64,000 nt of DNA, from positions 1 to 64,000 of the forward strand of contig JANQHR010000172.1 in NCBI GenBank assembly GCA_028282585.1. Reading direction: 5' to 3'. The stretch is from Bacteroidales bacterium. Its GTDB lineage: Bacteria; Bacteroidota; Bacteroidia; Bacteroidales; UBA12077. Below are positions 7,844 through 17,572 of this stretch, piece by piece. How positions within the stretch are numbered: position 1 is the first letter of the stretch; each line of letters starts with the position of its first letter. The position numbers were made by a program, and so were the translations under genes. The notes under the pieces were generated by a model. The model was not told the origin of the DNA. It saw nothing but the letters and a program-made list of their open reading frames with translations, and did no database searches.

Positions 7844-10800
7844 TCAATCTTTAACTTCAAACTGGATAGGCAAATAAACCTCAACCCTGGTCCCACAAGC
7901 CAGATTAAATTCATCGTAAAGGTCAATAATTTCTACTCCATACCCTTTACGCGATTGTGTTTGATTTAGTAGTGCTAGTCGTTCAAATGTTATGAACGTT
8001 CCTTTAGAAGTGTGATTTTTCCTGTTTTTATTTAATTCTCTTGACTTTTTTCTTCCAATACCATTATCTTCAACTATACATTTTAATATATTATTTTCTG
8101 TAATCTGAAATTCAAGTTTGATTTTAGCTTTTCCTTTCTTAAATACAAATGCGTGCTTTATACAATTTTCAATAAATGGTTGTAAAATCATTGAGGGAAT
8201 TAATATTTTCCCACTTTCCCAATCATGCGGTCTAATGATTTCAATTTCAAATTCTTTATCGAAACGCATTTGTTCGAGATTAATATAGTATTTGATATAA
8301 TTCAATTCTTCTTCAAGAGTAATTCTTTTTTTTGACACATTATCAAGTGTTAGCCTAATTAATTTAGCAAAATCAGAAAGATAATATAGTGCTGAATCTA
8401 CATCATTATCCAGCATAAAATTTTGAATTGAATTAATTGCATTAAAAATAAAATGAGGATTCATTTGGGCTCTTAGCGCTTTCATTTCAAATTCACCGAT
8501 ACGCTCTGTAATTTCTCTTCTTATTCTTTCCTTTTTCTTAATTGATTTCGTTCTGAAAATAATTAATAGCCAGATTATTAATACAAGCAAAATTAATGTA
8601 ATTCCAATGAACCACCAGGTAGTCCAAAATGGTTTTGCGATCATAAAATTTATGGATAGTTCTTGTTCAGATAAATCTGACTTTTCTGTATCTACCTTTA
8701 TTCTTAACCTGTATTTTCCAGGTTTTAGATTCTGGAAAATAGCTTTACGGTCTTTCGTATTTACTATCCAATTATTATGATAACCCTCTAGTTTATAGCT
8801 GAAACTTATATTCTCAGGATCAAGAAAGGTAATTGCATCGTAATTAAAAGTTAAAGAATTTTTATGATAAGGTAACTTAATAGCATTTTTAGGGATATTA
8901 GTCCAGGGGTCGATATCTTCATTATTACTTAAGCTATAGTTATTTTCATTTATTAATAGTGATTTAAGATAAAGATTTAAAGATTTAAAATTTATTTTTT
9001 CTAGTGATTTTAAATCAATTTGGATTAAATTATTATTTGAACCAACCCAGAATTTTTCATTGTTTTGAACTACACATGATTTACCGGAATAATCGGTAAA
9101 TCCTTTTGAATCATAAATGCAGTTTACTTTTACATGTCCGGTTTCATATAATTTATTAAGATCAATTATATTTAATCCGGCATTAGTTCCTGCTATTAAA
9201 AAGTTATCTTTAGTACAGCACAAATATCTTATACTGGTTCCTCTTAAACCATTCGACTTTCCAATTTCTTGTATAGTTTTAATTTCATTTTTAATAAATC
9301 GAATAATATATATTTTACCATTATTTCCTCCTGCAATTATATTTCCATTATTGTCGTTACAAATATCATTAAAAGACGTAGTTTCAAAGTTGGTTTGATT
9401 ATACGTTGAATAAAATTCTTCTCCATTGTACACGAACAAACCATGATCTGTACTTGAGAACCAAATAAGATCTTCTTGTTCAATTATTTTAGAAATATTA
9501 ATCGGACTTTTATTTTCGTAGTAATTGTATAGTTTGTATGAAAAGTTTTTATCAATATTTGGATAAATAAACAAATCGGCCCAGCTAATGCCATACATAG
9601 TATTTCTTGAATCAATAAAAAAATCACTAAACTGATTACCTTCCAAATCAAAGTAACTTATATCTTCATTTTCTTTGGTTATTTTAAATGCTCCAACATT
9701 ACTACCTATCCATATATTTCCATTTCGATCAATTGATAGGCTATTGAATCTTTTAAGTTGCTTATTTATTAAGATGTCATATTTAAGAGGTTTATAAAGG
9801 CTTTTAGGAGGAAGTACATTTCCATTTAACTTTTTATAAGGATTCGGATACTGATACCTATTACTTAAAATAAGATCTTGATACTTTTGAAAAGAGCCTT
9901 CCTTATCAATTAAATATGCGTATTTTTCTTTAAATTTTGCGTTAGCATAACTTTTATATTTACGTTCAAATAACTCAAACGGAAATATTTTATGATTGTG
10001 TTTATCCGCATTCTTAATAATATTGTTTTGAGTTGCTAACCAAAGGTTACCTAAACTATCTGTCTTAATATCAGTAATGTTTAATTCATCTAATTCGAAA
10101 TTACAAGCTTTATAGTAATAAAAATTGATTAAAGGATATAAATAAAGACCATTATCTTTTGTACCTATCCATAATAAATTTTCTTTAGAGTCAAATTGTA
10201 GAGACCAAACATCTTTAGCATTTATATTTAAAAAGTTTCCAAACCTGGTTATTTCGGTTTTATCAAATCTAAATATTCCGCCCGCATTCCTGTAGTTATT
10301 ATCCCATGAAGATATCCATATGTTTCCTTTTGAATCCTCAGCATAATCAGTTACCTGACCAACAAAATCGATGTTATTTTTGATACCGTTTGATAAAACT
10401 AATAAGCTTTTTCGTCTGTAATTAATTATAGTATCACCTTTTTCAGATATAAAAGCTGAGTTTACTTGAGGTTTATTTAATTGATGATCAGAAGGAATAC
10501 GTATTAAACTTTCCGCTTGAGGAATATATTTATATAATCCATTCCCATTTGTAAAAACATAAATAAAATCATCTTCTTCGATAAATTGTGTAATTTGTAA
10601 TCGACCTGAAACATTGTTATGCTTTTGATGAAAAGATATGAAACGGTCGTTTTGTAATACCGTTAACCCGTCTTCGGTTCCAACTAGAAGAATATTATAA
10701 TTTTTAGAAAAATGAATCTTTCTAACATAGTTTGAAACTAATCCGGATTTTTTATCGAATGAAATAATTTCGTTTCCAATTAATTTAGAAATACCTCCAT

Positions 10801-11089
10801 CATGACAACCTATCCAAATGTGGCCTTCTTCTGTTTCGGTAATACTCCAAATCTTATCTCCTGCTAGCCCGTTTTCTGTAGTATAGGTTTGAAAACTTTT
10901 CCCATCAAATTGTGATAATCCTGCATCTGTCCCCAACCAAATAAAACCTCTGCTATCTTTAAAAATATCGCGTATAGTATTACTGGGTAGTCCGTCATTT
11001 ATAGTATAATTTCGAGTATAAAACTTTTGGCTAAAAGATATTTGGGTCCATAGTAAGGTAAAAATTATTATAAAAAAAAATTTTTTCAT
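7844..11089 (-). CDS. LytS-type sensor kinase with a periplasmic beta-propeller (Reg_prop) and Y_Y_Y domain
   Basis: DSRGFIWLGT-type repeats; FSYKLEG..NLKPGKY; TM; AQMNPHFIFNAINSI; LQPFIENCIKH; DNGIG. Confidence 0.9.
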   Translation of the reverse strand: MKKFFFIIIFTLLWTQISFSQKFYTRNYTINDGLPSNTIRDIFKDSRGFIWLGTDAGLSQFDGKSFQTYTTENGLAGDKIWSITETEEGHIWIGCHDGGISKLIGNEIISFDKKSGLVSNYVRKIHFSKNYNILLVGTEDGLTVLQNDRFISFHQKHNNVSGRLQITQFIEEDDFIYVFTNGNGLYKYIPQAESLIRIPSDHQLNKPQVNSAFISEKGDTIINYRRKSLLVLSNGIKNNIDFVGQVTDYAEDSKGNIWISSWDNNYRNAGGIFRFDKTEITRFGNFLNINAKDVWSLQFDSKENLLWIGTKDNGLYLYPLINFYYYKACNFELDELNITDIKTDSLGNLWLATQNNIIKNADKHNHKIFPFELFERKYKSYANAKFKEKYAYLIDKEGSFQKYQDLILSNRYQYPNPYKKLNGNVLPPKSLYKPLKYDILINKQLKRFNSLSIDRNGNIWIGSNVGAFKITKENEDISYFDLEGNQFSDFFIDSRNTMYGISWADLFIYPNIDKNFSYKLYNYYENKSPINISKIIEQEDLIWFSSTDHGLFVYNGEEFYSTYNQTNFETTSFNDICNDNNGNIIAGGNNGKIYIIRFIKNEIKTIQEIGKSNGLRGTSIRYLCCTKDNFLIAGTNAGLNIIDLNKLYETGHVKVNCIYDSKGFTDYSGKSCVVQNNEKFWVGSNNNLIQIDLKSLEKINFKSLNLYLKSLLINENNYSLSNNEDIDPWTNIPKNAIKLPYHKNSLTFNYDAITFLDPENISFSYKLEGYHNNWIVNTKDRKAIFQNLKPGKYRLRIKVDTEKSDLSEQELSINFMIAKPFWTTWWFIGITLILLVLIIWLLIIFRTKSIKKKERIRREITERIGEFEMKALRAQMNPHFIFNAINSIQNFMLDNDVDSALYYLSDFAKLIRLTLDNVSKKRITLEEELNYIKYYINLEQMRFDKEFEIEIIRPHDWESGKILIPSMILQPFIENCIKHAFVFKKGKAKIKLEFQITENNILKCIVEDNGIGRKKSRELNKNRKNHTSKGTFITFERLALLNQTQSRKGYGVEIIDLYDEFNLACGTRVEVYLPIQFEVKD

Positions 11090-11102
11090 TCTTCCGATCG
11101 AA

Positions 11103-11858
11103 TTAACGTTTTGTAAGAGCCTTAAGGAACTCTTCGTTTCTTCGCGTTGCTACATCCAATTCAGTGCCATTTTCAAGAATGATTTTATATCCATCCGTTT
11201 TACTATACGATTTTATATAATTCATATTAACCAAATAGGATTTATGAATTCTGAAAAATAGTTCTTCAGGAAGCAATTCTTCAATATTTTTTAAAGTTCT
11301 TGCAACTAAAATGGCTTCATTTCTGTTTGTAAATATCTTACAATAAGTTTCTTCAGCCTGACAGTATACAATATTGTTAACCTTTTCCAATTGAAATCCA
11401 TCAAGTGTAGGTAAAGCTATTTTAGTAAAGTTGCCTGAATCATTATTTAAATTACTTAAGAAAGCTTCTATTTGATCGGTATTTGAAGACTTACTTTGTT
11501 TTTTCTCCAATCGTGTTAAAACATCTCTTAAATCGATATAATTTATAGGTTTTAACAGATAGTCAAGCGCAGCAAATTTAATTGCATCAATTGCGTATTG
11601 TTTGTAAGCCGTTGTAAATATTACCTCAAAATCATAAATATCAAAATAATCGAATAGTTTGAAACCGTTTTCTTCTGGCATTTCAATATCAAGAAATACA
11701 ATATCCGGTCTGTGTTTATTGATTGCAAACACTCCTTCTTTTACTGAATCAGCTAATTGCTGTATTTTAATCTTATTATTAAAATATCGCTCAATTATTT
11801 TCGCGAGAGCCTCACGAGCATTTTTTTCATCATCGATAATAATGCAGGTTTTCATCAA
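11103..11858 (-). CDS. LytTR-family response regulator
   Basis: REC (FLDIEMP, TAY, LLKP) plus LytTR FFRIHKSYLVN. Confidence 0.93.
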   Translation of the reverse strand: MMKTCIIIDDEKNAREALAKIIERYFNNKIKIQQLADSVKEGVFAINKHRPDIVFLDIEMPEENGFKLFDYFDIYDFEVIFTTAYKQYAIDAIKFAALDYLLKPINYIDLRDVLTRLEKKQSKSSNTDQIEAFLSNLNNDSGNFTKIALPTLDGFQLEKVNNIVYCQAEETYCKIFTNRNEAILVARTLKNIEELLPEELFFRIHKSYLVNMNYIKSYSKTDGYKIILENGTELDVATRRNEEFLKALTKR

Positions 11859-11952
11859 ATCTTTATTGTTATTAATATAATTGCTAATTTAAAGATACTT
11901 GATTAATAAATGATATCAAAACAATTAAAATAAAATGCAATAAACCTTATCT

Positions 11953-12792
11953 TTAATCAAGGTGGTAATTAGCAAGTTCTTGAATTGGGTTTTTAACTAT
12001 TAAATCTATATTGGTATTATATCTTATAGCAACTTCATTAAGAAAATCTTTGAAATAATAAGCAATGGAACCGATAGCTCTGATTTTATAGTTAGTAAAA
12101 TTCTTATACTTTATAATATGTTTTTCAAACAAATCCGTAAAAGATCTATAAACCAAAGCTATTAAATGTTCTTCAGTTATGTTTGCATTTATAAATTCGC
12201 AAATCGATGCCAAAAACTTATTAGGATTTTCTTCCTTGTAGATTTTTTGCATGATTTGACTCTTAGTCAGTTGATACTTTGCCAAAAATACATTAGAAAT
12301 TTTTTCCGGAATGTTTCCATAAAGCAATTCTGTTACAAAAAGTTTTCCCAGATAATCACCACCACCTTCGTCGCCTAAAATGTATCCCAAGGATGGAATG
12401 TTTTTAGTTATATTTTTGCCATCATATAAACAGGTATTTGCACCTGTTCCAAGAATTAACGCAATGCCGGGATTGTTTTTAAATAACGCTCTTGCAGCAC
12501 CTAATAAATCATGATTAACTTCAATTATAGTCTGGTTAAAAAGTGGTTGTAATCCATTGAAAATTAAATTTTTCATTTCAGGCGTAGAACAGCCGGAGCC
12601 ATAGAAAAATATGTGTTTTATTATTTTAGTATCAAGAGTTTTTGGTAACTGACTTTTAAGATCATTATGTATTTTATTACTTGTTGTAAAGTATGGGTTA
12701 AATCCAACCGTAGTAAATGAAGATTTAATGTGATTATTATCAATTATAATCCAATCAGTATTTGTTGATCCACTATCAGCAATTAATATCAT
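11953..12792 (-). CDS. BadF/BadG-type ATPase, N-acetylglucosamine kinase-like
   Basis: IADSGST, ILGTGAN and GYILGDEGGG sugar-kinase motifs. Confidence 0.8.
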   Translation of the reverse strand: MILIADSGSTNTDWIIIDNNHIKSSFTTVGFNPYFTTSNKIHNDLKSQLPKTLDTKIIKHIFFYGSGCSTPEMKNLIFNGLQPLFNQTIIEVNHDLLGAARALFKNNPGIALILGTGANTCLYDGKNITKNIPSLGYILGDEGGGDYLGKLFVTELLYGNIPEKISNVFLAKYQLTKSQIMQKIYKEENPNKFLASICEFINANITEEHLIALVYRSFTDLFEKHIIKYKNFTNYKIRAIGSIAYYFKDFLNEVAIRYNTNIDLIVKNPIQELANYHLD

Positions 12793-14417
12793 TATTTATT
12801 TTCTTTTTTAACGTATTTTAAGTTAAGTAAATTCATTGGATTGCCTTCAAACCCTGAAATATTATTTTTTACAAAACGAACTACTTCATCATAATATAAA
12901 GGAACAATAACAGCATCATTTATAATAATCTCATTCATTTTATTATATAACAAAATTCTTAAACTATCATTTCTTTCCAGCATGGCTTGTTCATATAATT
13001 TGTCGTAATTTGTATTAAAGTATTGTGTATAATTCGGCCCTCCAGGGCTATGATTTTTACTGTAAAAAAGAGCCAGGTAATTTTCAGAGTCAGGATAATC
13101 TGCAATCCATGAACCTCTGAAAAATTCAAGCTTAGAATTAGCCACCATATCTCTAAAAGTGGCGCCGGTATTTACATTAATGTTAATTTCAATTCCAAAT
13201 TGTGAAAGTTGTTGCTGAATATATTCACATAAATCGAGATAATCGGCGGTTGTAGTTAAAGTAATCGGTACCAAACCTTCACCATTTGGATAGCCGGCTT
13301 CGGTTAACAAATCTCTTGTTTTATGAGGATTATATTCAAACCCCTGAAACTCATCGATGAATCCCGGTAATCCTTTGGGAATGAATCCCTGTAAGGCTGG
13401 TTCTCCAATGCTATTTCGGAGATATTTCATCATTTTAACACGGTCGAATCCGTAGTTGATTGCTTGTCTTATTTTCTTATTTAAAACTGGAGATAATTCA
13501 TTTTTAATTTTTGATGTGTCTAATAAAAACCCCAGGTATTCTGTGTTCAAATAAGGCTGATTAATCATTTTAAATTGATTTTTATACTTAGGATTCAAAT
13601 AACCATTTTTGGTTAATAATTCATCCTTATTCGCAGGATTGAGGCCAGAAATAAAGTCAAGGTTACCTTTAAGAAATTCAAGAAATTCTGATTGCTTATC
13701 ATTAATAAAAGTAATTGAAATTGCGTCTAGGTAGGGAAGAGGATTTCCTAAACTATCTTGTTCGAAATAATTGAGGTTTTTTACCAAAACTAGTTTTTCA
13801 CCTTCCTTCCACATTTTAAACTGAAATGGGCCAGTTCCAACCGGGTTATTCCTAAAGTCACTACCATAATATTCGACTATTTCTTGTGGAATAACCGAGC
13901 AATATTGCATGCTCAATAAACCCAAAAAGGCTGGGAAAGGATTTTTAAGCTTAATTTCTAGAGTACTATCATTTAATGCCTTAATGCCATTTTCTTTAAC
14001 ATTATTAAAGATCCATGCACCTGGCGATGCAGTTCTAGAATCAATGATGCGATTTAAACTGTATTCGAAATCGAATGCAGTTACTTTTCGCCCTTTTCCA
14101 TTAAGAAAAATTTGATGATCATGAAAATAAACATCATTTCGTAGAGTAAACTCATATTTTTTCCCAAAATCTAATATTTTCCAACTTTTAGCAATACATG
14201 GTTTAACGTTTAGGAAGTTATCCATTTGTACAAGTCCATTATACAACTGATTTGCTGGCCATATTAAAACCTGACTTTTGGCAAATGCAGGATCCAGTGT
14301 TGCAATACCTTTAGATTCATTATAACGAAAAACAGTTTTATTGGTTTGAACTTTATTTTCATTGCATGAAAAAAGAAGAAGCAAGATTGGAATGATCAAA
14401 AAAAAATAAATGCGCAT
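12792..14417 (-). CDS. ABC transporter substrate-binding lipoprotein (family 5, Opp/Dpp-like)
   Basis: Lipobox LFSC; TLDPAFA, PVGTGPF, KIRQAINY and WIADYPD motifs. Confidence 0.88.
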   Translation of the reverse strand: MRIYFFLIIPILLLLFSCNENKVQTNKTVFRYNESKGIATLDPAFAKSQVLIWPANQLYNGLVQMDNFLNVKPCIAKSWKILDFGKKYEFTLRNDVYFHDHQIFLNGKGRKVTAFDFEYSLNRIIDSRTASPGAWIFNNVKENGIKALNDSTLEIKLKNPFPAFLGLLSMQYCSVIPQEIVEYYGSDFRNNPVGTGPFQFKMWKEGEKLVLVKNLNYFEQDSLGNPLPYLDAISITFINDKQSEFLEFLKGNLDFISGLNPANKDELLTKNGYLNPKYKNQFKMINQPYLNTEYLGFLLDTSKIKNELSPVLNKKIRQAINYGFDRVKMMKYLRNSIGEPALQGFIPKGLPGFIDEFQGFEYNPHKTRDLLTEAGYPNGEGLVPITLTTTADYLDLCEYIQQQLSQFGIEININVNTGATFRDMVANSKLEFFRGSWIADYPDSENYLALFYSKNHSPGGPNYTQYFNTNYDKLYEQAMLERNDSLRILLYNKMNEIIINDAVIVPLYYDEVVRFVKNNISGFEGNPMNLLNLKYVKKENK

Positions 14418-14475
14418 GTTTTAGCTTTTTCACAAAAATAGTTAAAATATGAACTAGAAGAGAATGGTGTAAATT

Positions 14476-14510
14476 AAAAAAGCCAGAAAACTGCTGTTTC
14501 TGACTTTCTT
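14476..14510 (-). terminator. Intrinsic terminator of a candidate sRNA
   Basis: Minus strand AAAGUCAGAAA...UUUCUGGCUUUUUU; the G.U pair works only on the minus strand. Confidence 0.65.
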
Positions 14511-14610
14511 AATACCCTAAAAATTAAACCTAAAATTTAAATGAAAAAACTGTTTTACACAAACTTTACTTGCAGGTGCTTAGTAAATTAAGCATAATTT
14601 GTTTTCTATA
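14476..14610 (-). ncRNA. Candidate ECF-dependent small RNA (about 135 nt)
   Basis: Bounded by a GAAAC-N16-CGTTA promoter (14641-14616) and its own terminator; contains only a 9-codon ORF. Confidence 0.45.
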
Positions 14611-14615
14611 AATTA

Positions 14616-14641
14616 TAACGATTTAGACAAAAAAAAGTTTC
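14616..14641 (-). promoter_or_regulatory. ECF sigma-type promoter
   Basis: Minus strand GAAAC-N16-CGTTA. Confidence 0.5.
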
Positions 14642-14716
14642 GTAAAAAGTTGGTTTTTCCAAAAAAAATATTATGTAATTTCCCGGAACATTTATGCGTA
14701 CTGAATTTCAGAAGAT

Positions 14717-14748
14717 AAAAAATGCAAGAAATTTTCCTGCATTTTTCT
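14717..14748 (-). terminator. Terminator of the TonB receptor gene
   Basis: AAAAATGCA..TGCATTTTT inverted repeat next to the stop codon. Confidence 0.6.
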
Positions 14749-14751
14749 TTC

Positions 14752-17238
14752 CTAAAACTTTAAAGTTATACCGCCTAAAAAATTAATTCCCGCTTGCGGA
14801 TAATAATAAGCCCAACTACGTTCTTGCCCTTCAGTTAAATAGTTATCAGGGTTTCGCACACCTTCATACCAATTACCTCCATAAGCATTGCTTTCATATT
14901 CAACATCTAATAAATTGTTTACGCGAATAAAGAACGCTAGATTCTTAGCAAATTTAACTTTTGGTGTGTAAAATAATTTAAGATTATTGATAAAATAGGC
15001 ATCCAGTTTTCTGTTTTCGTCTGATGTATTATCAAAGTATTGTTCTCCGACGTATTTGCTTATTAAACTAAGTTCAATTTGTTTAATTGGCTTAAAAGTA
15101 AAAATATTTGATCCAACAAACTCTGGAGAATATGAAATATTTGTGGTTCCTAATTCTCTTGGAAGGTTCCCAAGAGAATTCCAAAATTCATTCGAATAAT
15201 TTGAATATTCAATAAAGTTTTTAATTTTATTTCTACTAAATGTTAAATTAAGTTGCCAATCAAAGAATTTGTTTAATTTAAACCTACTTATGATTTCGAC
15301 ACCTGCTCTGTAGCTCTCATCTACATTTGTTTGAATAGCATAACCAACATTACTTAACTGTCCAGTATTAACCAACTGGTCTTTATAATCCATGTAGTAG
15401 AAATTAAGCGATAATAAATAATTACTTGCTCTAAAATGTCCTCCTAATTCGTAATTATAAAGCGTTTCGTGTTTGGGCATGGCAGTTTCATCTCCGATTG
15501 CATTTTTTAAATCACTTCGTGTAGGTTCTCTATTAGCTACAGCAAAAGAGAAATAACTACTCAATTGTTCATTGATATCGTAGAACAAACCAAATTTCGG
15601 ATTAATAAAATTATAATCTTCAGAATTAGCTAAATCTTTAAAATCGTCATCCAGACCAGTTATTTCATAGGTTACATTTCTATACTGTATGTCACCATAT
15701 AAGTGTAGCTTTGAAAATAGGGTATAAGTTATTTTGCTAAAAACGTTAAAATCTGTTTTGGTCCCATTGTTGTTGTACCATTCGTAATCTTTTACGAAAT
15801 TATTGCCAAATTCAGACCAAAGAACAGTACCATAATGATCACCATCGTATTTATTCCAGGCACCACCTAATGTTAAATCAACTTTATACTTATTATAGTT
15901 TAATGAATAAGTAAACCCATAAAAATGATTATCCAACCACTTTCTTCTAATTATGTCCGAGTTCGTGATTGTACTATCCGGGAAAACCAATCTGCGAGTA
16001 CCAATGAACATTATACTGTCTCCTAGTTTAATATTCGGTAGACCATAATTAGCAAATGCATCACTTTCTTTATATTGTTCGTAATAACCTTTACCCCTTG
16101 TATAATGCAAAGCAAAATTTAAATTTAAATTTTTATTTAACTCATTTGAAAGTAATAGTTGATAATGTGTTTGAGTGTAGTTATCTGTTTGATCCTCGTA
16201 GTATTGAGTATTACCATCTAAATCAGTATATTCTCCTGCAGGATTATATGTTCTATCTTCATCTAAGATATAATCCGGTACTCCCCACCAACTTATTCCC
16301 GTTCTTTCTTTACCTCTAAAGATGTTTGCTTTAATTAAGGTTTTATTGGTATAGTAAGTTCCTGACACAAAAAATGATTCATGATCCGATGAAGAATAAT
16401 CAATAAATCCATCTGTTTGCACTTTCGATAACCTTGCATCGAAACTAAAATGATCGTTTATTAAACCAGACCCAATTAGAAAGTTATTTTTGAACGTATT
16501 GAAAGATCCAAAGCTACTATTTATTTCAGCATAAGCATCTTTAATTATACTTTTGGTTCTAAGATTTATTGTAGCTCCAAAAGCTCCAGCACCATTTGTT
16601 GATGTTCCAACTCCTCGCTGAATCTGAATATCCTGAACTGATGAAGCAATGTCGGGTAAATTTACCCAGAATACTCCTTGCGATTCAGCATCGTTATATG
16701 GAATACCATTAATAGTAACATTTATTCTGGTTGGATCAATCCCACGAATTCGCATTCCGGTGTAACCGATTCCAATTCCTGACTCAGAAGTTTCAACTAG
16801 TGATGGAACAGTACTTAGTAAAAATGGAACATCGCCGCTTGTTTTGTTTTTTTCTATAATTTCTTTATCCAGATTCGTAACCGCCATCGGCGCTTTATCT
16901 CCGGCTCGAGTAGCAGTTACAATAACTTCTTCTGATAGAATATTTGATAACTTCAGAATAAACTCAATGTTCTGAAGATCTTCTTTTTTAACCTGTTTTT
17001 CTATGGTATTATAACCTAAAAAAGATACTTGAAAAGTATAATCACTAGCTTTGATCCTAGAGAAACTAAACTCTCCGTTTACATTGGTTGCAGTGCCATT
17101 AAATGTTTCTTTGATTATTATGTTAGCACCTATTAATGGTTCTCCACTTTCGTTTTTTACAGTTCCTGTAATGTTTTCTTGTGCAAATAAAAAATGTGTT
17201 AATACACTCAAAAAAAATAATACTCCTATCCGTTTCAT
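14752..17238 (-). CDS. TonB-dependent outer-membrane receptor, probably a thiamine-family importer (likely start 17238, MKRIG)
   Basis: Signal peptide; CarboxypepD_reg-like N-domain; plug (RIRG..RINVTINGIP, QRGVGTS); C-terminal F; upstream TPP riboswitch. Confidence 0.88.
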   Translation of the reverse strand: MKRIGVLFFLSVLTHFLFAQENITGTVKNESGEPLIGANIIIKETFNGTATNVNGEFSFSRIKASDYTFQVSFLGYNTIEKQVKKEDLQNIEFILKLSNILSEEVIVTATRAGDKAPMAVTNLDKEIIEKNKTSGDVPFLLSTVPSLVETSESGIGIGYTGMRIRGIDPTRINVTINGIPYNDAESQGVFWVNLPDIASSVQDIQIQRGVGTSTNGAGAFGATINLRTKSIIKDAYAEINSSFGSFNTFKNNFLIGSGLINDHFSFDARLSKVQTDGFIDYSSSDHESFFVSGTYYTNKTLIKANIFRGKERTGISWWGVPDYILDEDRTYNPAGEYTDLDGNTQYYEDQTDNYTQTHYQLLLSNELNKNLNLNFALHYTRGKGYYEQYKESDAFANYGLPNIKLGDSIMFIGTRRLVFPDSTITNSDIIRRKWLDNHFYGFTYSLNYNKYKVDLTLGGAWNKYDGDHYGTVLWSEFGNNFVKDYEWYNNNGTKTDFNVFSKITYTLFSKLHLYGDIQYRNVTYEITGLDDDFKDLANSEDYNFINPKFGLFYDINEQLSSYFSFAVANREPTRSDLKNAIGDETAMPKHETLYNYELGGHFRASNYLLSLNFYYMDYKDQLVNTGQLSNVGYAIQTNVDESYRAGVEIISRFKLNKFFDWQLNLTFSRNKIKNFIEYSNYSNEFWNSLGNLPRELGTTNISYSPEFVGSNIFTFKPIKQIELSLISKYVGEQYFDNTSDENRKLDAYFINNLKLFYTPKVKFAKNLAFFIRVNNLLDVEYESNAYGGNWYEGVRNPDNYLTEGQERSWAYYYPQAGINFLGGITLKF

Positions 17239-17415
17239 TTTTAATAATTTATTGTTTAACATTTTGGATAGTTGACAGCTAATTTTGTGAATACAAACTA
17301 ACTTTGAGGCCTCATAAAATCATTGTTTTTATTAAATAATGATTTCAGTTTACTTGTATAAAGCAAACTTAACTATCAACTTTAATGAAAAACAATGGGA
17401 AATTCTTGATTTACT

Positions 17416-17492
17416 CTTTATCCCTACCCGGCATTACCCGGACCAGGTTCGAAGGGTATGATCTCAGCCTGTATATTCGGCACCCCATTGAC
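17416..17492 (-). ncRNA. TPP (THI-box) riboswitch, variant in the pyrophosphate-binding helix
   Basis: Minus strand GGGGUGCC-GAAUAUACA-GGCUGAGAUCAUACCCUUCGAACCUGGUCCGGGUAAUGCCGGGUAGGGA. Confidence 0.92.
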
Positions 17493-17496
17493 GGGA

Positions 17497-17504
17497 CAAA
17501 TGTA
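17497..17504 (-). promoter_or_regulatory. Bacteroidota housekeeping -7 element for the riboswitch/TonB transcript
   Basis: TACATTTG (TAnnTTTG) immediately 5' of the aptamer. Confidence 0.65.
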
Positions 17505-17525
17505 TGATAAAAATATTTTAAAACA

Positions 17526-17552
17526 AAAAAAGCCGGAGTTAATCCGACTTTT
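17526..17552 (-). terminator. trxA terminator
   Basis: AAAAGUCGGA-UUAAC-UCCGGCUUUUUUU on the minus strand. Confidence 0.7.
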
Positions 17553-17572
17553 AATCATCTTGAGATTTAAAA

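Noticed and set aside
14541-14591. Plus-strand sORF MKKLFYTNFTCRCLVN with a good-looking leader
   Set aside because: The flanking promoter and terminator both point to the minus strand; treated as the antisense image within the candidate sRNA, though not formally excluded
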